Assembly: GCA_045536775.1 (NCBI GenBank)
Contig: JAZSOD010000010.1
Span: 1 to 57,902 of the forward strand
Origin: Eubacteriales bacterium
GTDB taxonomy: Bacteria > Bacillota > Clostridia > Oscillospirales > CAG-272
Direction: 5' to 3'
Length of the DNA stretch: 57,902 nt
A program made the position numbers and the translations under genes. This document shows, in pieces, positions 40,341 through 48,220 of the stretch (position 1 is its first letter; each line of letters starts with the position of its first letter). Below the pieces are notes generated by a model, which worked only from the letters and a program-made list of their open reading frames with translations, was not told where the DNA came from and made no database searches.

Positions 40341-41669
40341 TCATTCAAGAAAGCACTCAATAACATTGTCATCATACTGTGCAATGCGTTCCTGTAATTT
40401 CTTTAGCCTTTTTTTGGCTACATCAAAGCCTTTCTCTGCGGATTGTGTGTACCATTTAATAGCCTCATTATAATCTCTTTCAACTCCATTGCCATGTTCG
40501 TAGCAAAAGCCAAGATTATGCTGAGCATAAAAATTCCCCTTTTCAGCCGAAAGCCTGAAAAAACGTGCCGCCTCTGTATAATTCTTTTCTACTACCTCCC
40601 CGTCACAGTAACAACACCCCATAGCATTCAGACCTTGAGAGTCTCCCTGCGCCGCAGACAATTCATATAGACGAAATGCCTCGGCAACATTCTTTTCCAC
40701 TCCAAATCCGTTTTTGTAACAATACCCGAGGGAATGTTGCGCAAAGGCATCGCCCTGCTCTGCCGATAGCATATACCAACGTACTGCCTCTGTGTAATCT
40801 TTATCTACTCCTATGCCCGTTTCATAACAATGTCCTAAATTATACTGTGATCTGGAATTCCCTCGTTCCGCTGATAGTCTGTACCAGTATACTGCCTCTG
40901 TGTAGTTTTTTTCTACTCCCCGGCCATGCTCGTAACAAAGTCCCAAATTACACTGTGACTTAGTATTCCCTTGTTCTGCCGACAGTCTGTACCAATATAC
41001 TGCCTCTGTGTAGTTTTTTTCTACTCCATTTCCATATTCATAGCAAACTCCCAAGCTAAATTGCGAATTTGCGTTTCCTTGTTCTGCCGACAGTCTGTAC
41101 CAATATACTGCCCTTGTGTAATTCTGTTCCACACCCCTACCATGATAATAACATTCCGCAAGTCCATTCTGAGCAGCGTTGTTACCGCTTTCTACACCAC
41201 GCCTATATAGACGAAATGCCTCACTATAGTCCTTTGCAATCCCTAGTCCATAATAATAGGCTTTAGCAAGATTGTAAATTGCCCCACGATTTCCCTGCTC
41301 TGAAGACAGTTTAAACAACAGAACCGATTCTTCAAGATTCTTTTCAACAGCAAAACCTGTCTTATAACAAATCCCCAAATAATTCTGAGCCCGATGATCA
41401 CCAAGCTTGGATATTTTTTCCAATTTTGAAATATCAGCATCACCGCGCTTAAAAGCAATATACAAGCTCATATCATCTTCTTGCATCTGACCAAATCTTT
41501 TAAAGTAACCTTTTTCACCTGATAGTTTTATAGTAATCACTTTGTGGAATTTAGCCAGATAGTTCTCCGTGTCGTAATCCACATTCTTGGGATACGGCAC
41601 ATTTTGAAATGAACATTTAGGGCATCTCTTTAACGACGTTTCAAATCCGCAACACAAGCAAGCACCCAT
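40341..41669 (-). CDS. Sel1-like (TPR) repeat protein with N-terminal zinc ribbon
   Basis: ~9 36-aa repeats (AQxxLGxCYxxGxGVEKNYTEAVYWYRLSAEQG); CxxC..CxxC N-terminus; GAAGGAG RBS before ATG 41669; no signal peptide seen. Confidence 0.9.
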   Translation of the reverse strand: MGACLCCGFETSLKRCPKCSFQNVPYPKNVDYDTENYLAKFHKVITIKLSGEKGYFKRFGQMQEDDMSLYIAFKRGDADISKLEKISKLGDHRAQNYLGICYKTGFAVEKNLEESVLLFKLSSEQGNRGAIYNLAKAYYYGLGIAKDYSEAFRLYRRGVESGNNAAQNGLAECYYHGRGVEQNYTRAVYWYRLSAEQGNANSQFSLGVCYEYGNGVEKNYTEAVYWYRLSAEQGNTKSQCNLGLCYEHGRGVEKNYTEAVYWYRLSAERGNSRSQYNLGHCYETGIGVDKDYTEAVRWYMLSAEQGDAFAQHSLGYCYKNGFGVEKNVAEAFRLYELSAAQGDSQGLNAMGCCYCDGEVVEKNYTEAARFFRLSAEKGNFYAQHNLGFCYEHGNGVERDYNEAIKWYTQSAEKGFDVAKKRLKKLQERIAQYDDNVIECFLE

Positions 41670-41706
41670 AATTCTACAGTCTCCTTCACAGAGCATTAAA
41701 CTGGTA

Positions 41707-41802
41707 AAGACAGTCGACAACAGTAAAACGGAAGCCCATTCGTTTCACCAATATCTAAGACTGTCTTCATTCAATTATATGCTTTTTTTACGCTATTGTC
41801 AA
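41707..41802 (-). promoter_or_regulatory. perfect sigma-A promoter plus end-paired leader hairpin upstream of Sel1 gene
   Basis: TTGACA(41802-41797)-17 nt-TATAAT(41779-41774); AAGACAGTC 41707-41715 / GACTGTCTT 41759-41767. Confidence 0.8.
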
Positions 41803-41824
41803 CATTGAAAAGTTCTATGCGGAA

Positions 41825-44800
41825 ATGCCGAACGTTGCTCAGAGATTCCTCAATGCGATCAAGCGCTTTGTTGCAAGGATAAAGAGAGCTTTCGGCAAGT
41901 CTGATTCTGCAAGCGAGCTTGAGAGGGCGGCTGAGCTCTGGGAGGCTTCGCTTTACAGAATACGCAGAAACGTTGACAAGCAGCGCGCACGCGAAGAAAA
42001 GAAGGCGGCAAAGGCTGAGAAAAAGGCTGCCGAAGAGGACAACACCGTTATAGACGCCCGTATAAACAAAAATGCCGACCTTGATATCGGAGAAACCGAT
42101 ACAGAGGTCGACGCGCTTGGTATATATGATGAGGAATACGAGGGTGACGACGTTTCGTATGACGAAGATCCTGCGCAGGACTACTATGACGGTCCGGGCG
42201 TAGATGATGGCACCGGATTTGAGGACGTGTCTGAGGATGACGATGCCGGGGATGATGGCGACGGGGGCAGTGCGTACTTCATTGAGGATATTGACGATGA
42301 GGCTGTAAATACGCTTCGTTCAATCGGAGAGAAATCTGTCAACGAATTTGCGTCAGAGGAGTTAAAGAAAGCCGAGCCGTTTGCTCGAAAATTGTGGAAA
42401 GAGCTCGGAGTAAAATCACCTTTCTTCCGCGCGTGGTTTGGTGATTGGAGGGCGAACGATGCGAGCAAAGTTTCTATTACTGAAGTCGAAACCATAAATA
42501 TTGATGATGCGGTAATGGCAAACGGAGATTATAAAATCGAAGACACCGGATGGACTATTCACGCCGGGAAAACACTTCGCGAGGAAACAAAGCACTATGC
42601 TCGCGAAAAGAAGATATCCGTGAGAGCTTTGTCAACAATAGAACAAATTCTTAACAATTCTGTTCTTTTGGATACCGAAGTTTCAGTTCCTGATTCAAAA
42701 AATAAGTCGGACGGGACAGCTTTGATGCACAAACTGTATACTATCATACAGTATGATGGCAAATTATATATAGCTAAAACGACCGTAGAAGAATATTTGG
42801 ACACAAATTCCAAAACGATTAAACGCAAAGGTTATCATCTTCGCGCAATAAAAATAGAGACAGCCGGCGGACGCGCGACGGAAGAAACTTCCGCCTCCAC
42901 ATCAAGGCCTGACACTGTCTCTATAAACAGTATATCCGATTTGTTCAATCTTGTCAAGACTTACGACAAGGAATTTAATCCCAAGCCTGCGTCAAAGATC
43001 GTAAACGAAGACGGTACGCCTAAGGTAATGTATCACGGTAGTAATGCGAAATTTACTGTCTTTGACAAGAGAAAAGCAAAGTCGTCCGGATATTACGGCC
43101 GAGGATTCTATTTCTCAGACAGCAATAATCAAGCAGGCCTGTATGGAGAGCAGTACAGTGTATATCTTGACGTCAAAAATCCGTTAAAACCGGGAGGAAA
43201 CAAGATATCTGGCGCTCAATTACATAACTTTCTTAAGGCTGTCGCCGAAAACGAAGATTATTCTATCGAGAATTACGGCACGTATGATATCGCAAAAATC
43301 GCAAATAGCATAACAAGCACCGACACTTTTGCGGTAATAAGCGATATTAACGCTACCGCGATAGGCGATTTCGTCGAGGCCGTTAAGTTGTTCAACGAGG
43401 TAAATGGCACGAAATATGACGGAATAGTCGTCCCCACCGAAACCGTTGTATTCGAATCTACGCAAATAAAATCTGCCACTGATAATATCGGAACATTTAA
43501 CAAAAACGACCCCGATATTATGATGTTCATCGAGGACGTTGAGGACGTTGGTGCTTACGTAACCTCGTCAGAGCTTGAGGCGAATGCCAAGAAGCATATC
43601 AACGCGAGAGCTTCAAATGAGATCACCGATATGGGTATTCGTAAAATGGCGAGAGAAACAAAAATACCCGAGGCGGATCTTCAGAACCTGCGAAGAATAT
43701 ACAGAAGGTGCCGACTTAATAAGGGCGACTCCGAGGAGTTCAACAGGCTTATTTCTATTGCACGCGGTCTTGCTACTACTTCTCTTATGAGACATTCCGG
43801 AAGCGATAAAGTTTACTACAACGGGGTTTCCGAAAAAATCGTGGACACTGTTGCAAACGAGCTTATCAGGATGATAGCCGATGACACATATACTACTCCC
43901 GATGACGTCAAAGCCGAGCTCGAGAGGGCGGCTGAGCTCTGGGAGGCTTCGCTTTACAGAATACGCAGAAACGTTGACAAGCAGCGCGCTCATTCGGAAA
44001 AACAGGCGGCAAAGGCTGAGAAAAATGCTACCGAAGAAGACAACACCGTTATAGACGCCCGTATAAACAAAAATGCCGACCTTGATATCGGAGAAACCGA
44101 TACAGAGGTCGACGCGCTTGGTATATATGATGAGGAATACGAGGGTGATGACGTTTCGTATGACGAAGATCCTGCGGAGGATTACTATAACGGCCCGAAA
44201 AGTGAAGACGACGAGTTAGAGAATCTGTCCGGGAATAGTGATTCCGAGAATGATGGCGACGGGGATAATCCGAGTTTCATTGAGGATTTTGATGTGGATT
44301 CTCCTCAAATAATAACAAACTACAGTGACGCTATTGATAACATTTTGACGGTATCAGATGATGATGCAAAAAAATATGCAGAAAACAGAACGGTTGTGGA
44401 AGTCTGTGCTAATACTCCCTCTGTTATACTTGACAATGTAACAGAAGCTAAAAACTTAAAAATAATCATAAACTACACAAAGCTCTACCTTGCAGTAAGA
44501 AAAAGCGGCATTATAAAAGGAAATTATCATAATCTTGGAGCTGAAGTAGCAAAGAACTTGCACAAATATTTAGAAAATCCGGATGCAATTATCAGATTAG
44601 ACAACGGAAGACTAAATGTTTTATTCACCGTAAAAACCTCGAACGGAAATAACGGGCTAATTTCCGTTGAACTCAATAGCACAAAAGACGTTGGCGGAAA
44701 AAACGAGAAATATAATGTAATCGTTACCGTTATGAGTTCAAATAACAATTACATTAAAAATCTTACCTCTCGTCCCGGAGTCTCGGTCAAATACAAAAGA

Positions 44801-45193
44801 GAGGACCTATCGCAAGTGAATCCCCAACTGTATAAATGGTTGGCAACTATTAACGATAGGACCTCTCCTGACAATAGGATACCACAAAACAATCCTACTG
44901 TCAATAGTAATAATATGCAATCTTCGCAAAATTATTACGATGACGATGTTGCAGCTGAAGCTTCTGCGAGAGATGCGGCGTTTTTCATTGAGGACATTGA
45001 AGGCGACGAGGGATACGTTACCTCGGCTGAGCTTGAGGCGAACGCCAAGAAGCATATCAATGCGAGATCTTCAAACGAGATCACCGATATGGGTATTCGT
45101 AAAATGGCGAGAGAAGCAAAAATACGGCGGATTTTCCGCCGTATTTTTGCTTGTTTAATTTATTCATCAATGGGGTCAAAAACTCTTACGTAG
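41825..45193 (+). CDS. mosaic fragment of a phage-type large polyvalent protein (LPD3-like, ART-PolyVal-like and MuF-C-like modules)
   Basis: LPD3-like ~42290-42860; ART-like VNEDGTPKVMYHGS..GFYFS..VYL..TQIKSATDNIGTF ~43000-43500; MuF-C-like NTPSVIL..YHNLG..LENPDAII ~44290-44800; acidic linkers; weak RBS, both ends look truncated. Confidence 0.7.
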   Translation: MPNVAQRFLNAIKRFVARIKRAFGKSDSASELERAAELWEASLYRIRRNVDKQRAREEKKAAKAEKKAAEEDNTVIDARINKNADLDIGETDTEVDALGIYDEEYEGDDVSYDEDPAQDYYDGPGVDDGTGFEDVSEDDDAGDDGDGGSAYFIEDIDDEAVNTLRSIGEKSVNEFASEELKKAEPFARKLWKELGVKSPFFRAWFGDWRANDASKVSITEVETINIDDAVMANGDYKIEDTGWTIHAGKTLREETKHYAREKKISVRALSTIEQILNNSVLLDTEVSVPDSKNKSDGTALMHKLYTIIQYDGKLYIAKTTVEEYLDTNSKTIKRKGYHLRAIKIETAGGRATEETSASTSRPDTVSINSISDLFNLVKTYDKEFNPKPASKIVNEDGTPKVMYHGSNAKFTVFDKRKAKSSGYYGRGFYFSDSNNQAGLYGEQYSVYLDVKNPLKPGGNKISGAQLHNFLKAVAENEDYSIENYGTYDIAKIANSITSTDTFAVISDINATAIGDFVEAVKLFNEVNGTKYDGIVVPTETVVFESTQIKSATDNIGTFNKNDPDIMMFIEDVEDVGAYVTSSELEANAKKHINARASNEITDMGIRKMARETKIPEADLQNLRRIYRRCRLNKGDSEEFNRLISIARGLATTSLMRHSGSDKVYYNGVSEKIVDTVANELIRMIADDTYTTPDDVKAELERAAELWEASLYRIRRNVDKQRAHSEKQAAKAEKNATEEDNTVIDARINKNADLDIGETDTEVDALGIYDEEYEGDDVSYDEDPAEDYYNGPKSEDDELENLSGNSDSENDGDGDNPSFIEDFDVDSPQIITNYSDAIDNILTVSDDDAKKYAENRTVVEVCANTPSVILDNVTEAKNLKIIINYTKLYLAVRKSGIIKGNYHNLGAEVAKNLHKYLENPDAIIRLDNGRLNVLFTVKTSNGNNGLISVELNSTKDVGGKNEKYNVIVTVMSSNNNYIKNLTSRPGVSVKYKREDLSQVNPQLYKWLATINDRTSPDNRIPQNNPTVNSNNMQSSQNYYDDDVAAEASARDAAFFIEDIEGDEGYVTSAELEANAKKHINARSSNEITDMGIRKMAREAKIRRIFRRIFACLIYSSMGSKTLT
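41914..42192 (+). repeat. direct repeat A (~280 bp), second copy 43915-44193
   Basis: ELERAAELWEASLYRIRRNVDKQR...EDNTVIDARINKNADLDIGETDTEVDALGIYDEEYEGDDVSYDEDPA near-identical at DNA level, offset 2001 bp. Confidence 0.93.
42847..42957 (-). ncRNA. putative antisense promoter plus hairpin sRNA unit 2
   Basis: TTGACA(42957-42952)-17 nt-TATACT(42934-42929); perfect 10-bp IR ATAGAGACAG 42854-42863 / CTGTCTCTAT 42915-42924; U-tract follows. Confidence 0.62.
43556..43667 (+). repeat. direct repeat E (112 bp), second copy 45014-45125
   Basis: Encodes YVTS.ELEANAKKHINAR.SNEITDMGIRKMARE.KI in both. Confidence 0.9.
44789..44904 (-). ncRNA. putative antisense promoter plus hairpin sRNA unit 3
   Basis: TTGACA(44904-44899)-17 nt-TATCCT(44881-44876) with extended TG; 13/14 IR GAGAGGACCTATCG 44799-44812 / CGATAGGACCTCTC 44854-44867; U-rich tail. 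Confidence 0.6.
45114..45152. terminator. perfect 18-bp hairpin, bidirectional terminator at right edge of polyvalent patch
   Basis: AAGCAAAAATACGGCGGA-TTT-TCCGCCGTATTTTTGCTT. Confidence 0.85.
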
Positions 45194-45995
45194 TCGACTA
45201 TGAACTCGTCGGGCATTGCAGATTTAAGAAGCTCGTTCGGCTGGTCGCTGTAGCGGTATCCGTCACACTCGGTCGTAATGAGGATAAACTGCTCGGTATG
45301 CGAAACGGGTCCGTCATGGTGTCCGTCAAACACGCCGTCGATATAGAAGTCATAGCCGTTCGGTGTCCAGTTTACCGCGAAGGTATGGAACTGTTCGTGG
45401 TTCGGGATAGAAAATCTGTCGGGCGCGAATTCTGTCTCGTGCTCGGTTACAAATTTTTCCTTATGCTCTGCTCCGTATCCGCCCCAATGCAAGAAATGGG
45501 GAATCATTCTGCCAGGCTCAAAGCTTTCCATTATATCAACATCAACGCCTGCCTTACCGGGATCTGTACAGCATCCGATTATCGGACTCTGAAGCCAGAA
45601 CGCGCTCCACCAACCGCCTTTCTGCTGTGTTCGGCAACGGCACTCGTAGTAACCGTATTTATGTAAAAACTTCTGCTCTTCATGCTTGGCGATAGGCCAC
45701 ACGAACTTTCCGTAGCCGTTTTCCTCGGGGGGATTATCCATAAAGTTGCTTCCTGTCTGGAGCTGGGCGCTGTAGTAGTGTCCGTCCTTTTCAACAAGCT
45801 TTATATGCACGCAGCCGTCCTTGACCTCGACACCCTCGTCGGTATAGGTCTTATGCCAGTTATGCATAATTCCGCGTCTGAAGCCCCACTTGGTTGTATC
45901 GAGCGTGTCTCCGTCAAACTCATCGCTCCACACAAGCTTCCATTTGCCGTCGGGAAGTAAGCTTGACTCGTGTCCTTCAACCTCGTATTTTGCAT
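45160..45995 (-). pseudogene. glycoside hydrolase family 16, frameshifted just after its start codon
   Basis: WKLVWSDEFDG, KYGYYECR, WSAFWLQS, FHTFAVNW, FIVDYVRVF; RBS plus ATG at 45995 is 1 nt out of frame; GTG 45933 is the first in-frame start. Confidence 0.7.
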
Positions 45996-46087
45996 ATCTT
46001 TCACCTTCCTCGGTTTTATCTTTGACTCAATATTATCAAAGCGGGCAGCAAAATTATATAAGGATATTACTGTCCGATATCAAAACA

Positions 46088-47158
46088 TTACTTTATTCCG
46101 AACATTTTTTGAATTTCGGAAACAAGAGTTTCGATAATCAAATCTTCTGGTATTTTTCTTACTATCTCGCCTTTCTTAAACAGTATCGCCTCGCCGTTGC
46201 CTCCGGCAACTCCGATATCGGCTTCTCTCGCCTCTCCCGGTCCGTTGACAACGCATCCCATCATAGCGACGGTTATGGGTCTGTCCACGCGAAGCTGGGT
46301 GTCAGCTATTTCTTCAAATCTGTGAACAAGCTCGATAAGGTTTATCTTTGTTCTTCCGCAAGTGGGACAGGACACAACGTTTATGGTATTTGCGCCCGAA
46401 CGTCCTATTGCTTTAAGGAGCGCCTTTGCGCTTCTGACCTCGTCAGTGGGGTCCGCCGTGAGCGAAATGCGGATGGTATCTCCGATGTCATCACAAAGTA
46501 AGCTTCCGATACCTGCAGACGACTTTATAAGTCCCTGCTTTTCGGTGCCTGCCTCGGTAACTCCGAGGTGGAGAGGATAGTTAACTCTCTCGCTCAGATA
46601 GCGGTTTGCGTCTATCATAGTCTTGACGTTTGAGCTTTTCACGGACAAAACTATGTTATCAAAATCGAATTTTTCAAGAAGCGACGCGTGATAGAGCGCG
46701 CTTTCAGCGAGAGCCTCTGCCGTTGGTGAGCCATATCTCTCAAGTATGCTTTTTTCAAGCGAGCCTGAGTTCACGCCTATTCTTATGGGAATGTTTTTCG
46801 AGGCACATATATTCGCTACCGCGCGAACCTTTTCATTATCACCGATGTTTCCCGGGTTTATTCTTATCTTATCAACCCCCACGTTTGCACACTCTATTGC
46901 TATTCTGTAGTCAAAGTGAATGTCTGCAACGAGTGGCACACGCACGTCGGCATTTTTGAGTCTTTCTATGGTCGAGACCGCCTTTACGTCGGGGATCGCA
47001 AGACGTACTACGTCGCAACCCTCGGCTTCAAGCGCTCTGACCTGTCTCAAACACGCCTCAAAATCGTGTGTATCGGTATTGGTCATAGACTGAACGGCTA
47101 TTCTCTCTCCACCGCCTATCACAAGACCGCCTATTTTTACTTTTCTCGTTTTACTCAT
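46088..47158 (-). CDS. ispG: (E)-4-hydroxy-3-methylbut-2-enyl-diphosphate synthase
   Basis: VQSMTNT, PLVADIHF, RINPGN, SCPTCGR, MGCVVNGPGEA. Confidence 0.97.
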   Translation of the reverse strand: MSKTRKVKIGGLVIGGGERIAVQSMTNTDTHDFEACLRQVRALEAEGCDVVRLAIPDVKAVSTIERLKNADVRVPLVADIHFDYRIAIECANVGVDKIRINPGNIGDNEKVRAVANICASKNIPIRIGVNSGSLEKSILERYGSPTAEALAESALYHASLLEKFDFDNIVLSVKSSNVKTMIDANRYLSERVNYPLHLGVTEAGTEKQGLIKSSAGIGSLLCDDIGDTIRISLTADPTDEVRSAKALLKAIGRSGANTINVVSCPTCGRTKINLIELVHRFEEIADTQLRVDRPITVAMMGCVVNGPGEAREADIGVAGGNGEAILFKKGEIVRKIPEDLIIETLVSEIQKMFGIK

Positions 47159-47168
47159 ATTATTACCG

Positions 47169-48212
47169 TTACTTTACAAAAAGTCTTGAAATATCCTGAT
47201 AGGTCACGAACGCCATAAGCAGCATAAGCGCGACAAGCCCCGCCGCGTGTATCTTTGCTTCAAGCTCAGGATCAACGGGACGGCGGCGTACCGCCTCTAC
47301 AATAAGAAACATAAGTCTTCCGCCGTCAAGCGCGGGAAGCGGAAGCAGGTTAAATATACCGAGATTCATAGATATGACAACAACGAGGTAAAGAACACCC
47401 ATAACACCGCCCGACTGTGCGGTCTCACTTATCGCCTCCGTCACACCGACAGGACCCGATATTGCCTCCATACTGTATCTTCCCGTCACGAGATCGATAA
47501 GCGATTCCCATATCATCTTTACGGTAGACACAGACCTGTAAAATGAATGCTTTACTATGTTTGAAAAATTCTTTTCCTCGGCGCTGACGTAGAAGTCACG
47601 CTGAGCGTAAAGCACGCCGCCCTCGGTAAAGCTCGGAAACTGAACGTCCTTTACGGTGATCACCTCGCCCGCCCTTTTTACCTTTATATCAATGGGAGAG
47701 ATCCCCGAGCGCATTATCTCGTAAACGAGATCGTTTGCAACGTGTACTCTCTGAGAATCCACCTCAAGCACGGTGTCGCCTATCATAAGTCCTGTCTGCT
47801 GACTGAGCGCACCGTCGGCAAAGCCGAGAATGGTGGTCGAGCCGAGAGACTTCGATGATATCACTATCACCGCCATAATGATTATGCCGAGGATGAAATT
47901 CATTATCGCCCCTGCGGTAACTACCGCTATTCTCTGAAAAACAGGCTTATTGCAAAGGGCGTTCGGGTCGTCAGAGCCACCGTTTTCGCCCGGCATGCTG
48001 ACGTATCCGCCGATCGGCAGAAGCCTTACGGAATATCTTGTTCTGCTTCTTGAAAGCTTTGAAAAAAGCTTGGGGCCCATTCCGATCGAAAACTCCTCGA
48101 CCGTTACCCCGAATCTTCTTGCCGCTATGAAATGTCCGAGCTCGTGAATGAATATGAGCGCGGAAAATATCAGAATTGCAAGTATGACCGTTAATACGTT
48201 TATATCTATCAC
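47169..48212 (-). CDS. rseP: RIP metalloprotease RseP/RasP (M50)
   Basis: HELGH, LLPIGGYV, NLLPLPALDGG, PDZ region. Confidence 0.93.
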   Translation of the reverse strand: MIDINVLTVILAILIFSALIFIHELGHFIAARRFGVTVEEFSIGMGPKLFSKLSRSRTRYSVRLLPIGGYVSMPGENGGSDDPNALCNKPVFQRIAVVTAGAIMNFILGIIIMAVIVISSKSLGSTTILGFADGALSQQTGLMIGDTVLEVDSQRVHVANDLVYEIMRSGISPIDIKVKRAGEVITVKDVQFPSFTEGGVLYAQRDFYVSAEEKNFSNIVKHSFYRSVSTVKMIWESLIDLVTGRYSMEAISGPVGVTEAISETAQSGGVMGVLYLVVVISMNLGIFNLLPLPALDGGRLMFLIVEAVRRRPVDPELEAKIHAAGLVALMLLMAFVTYQDISRLFVK

Positions 48213-48220
48213 TCCCGTGG

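Noticed and set aside
40760-41130. Periodic repeats as a CRISPR array
   Set aside because: 108-bp in-frame Sel1 coding repeats; no unique spacers and no cas genes.
39185-45152. Intact prophage or diversity-generating retroelement
   Set aside because: No integrase, structural genes or reverse transcriptase; differences between repeat copies are not adenine-specific.
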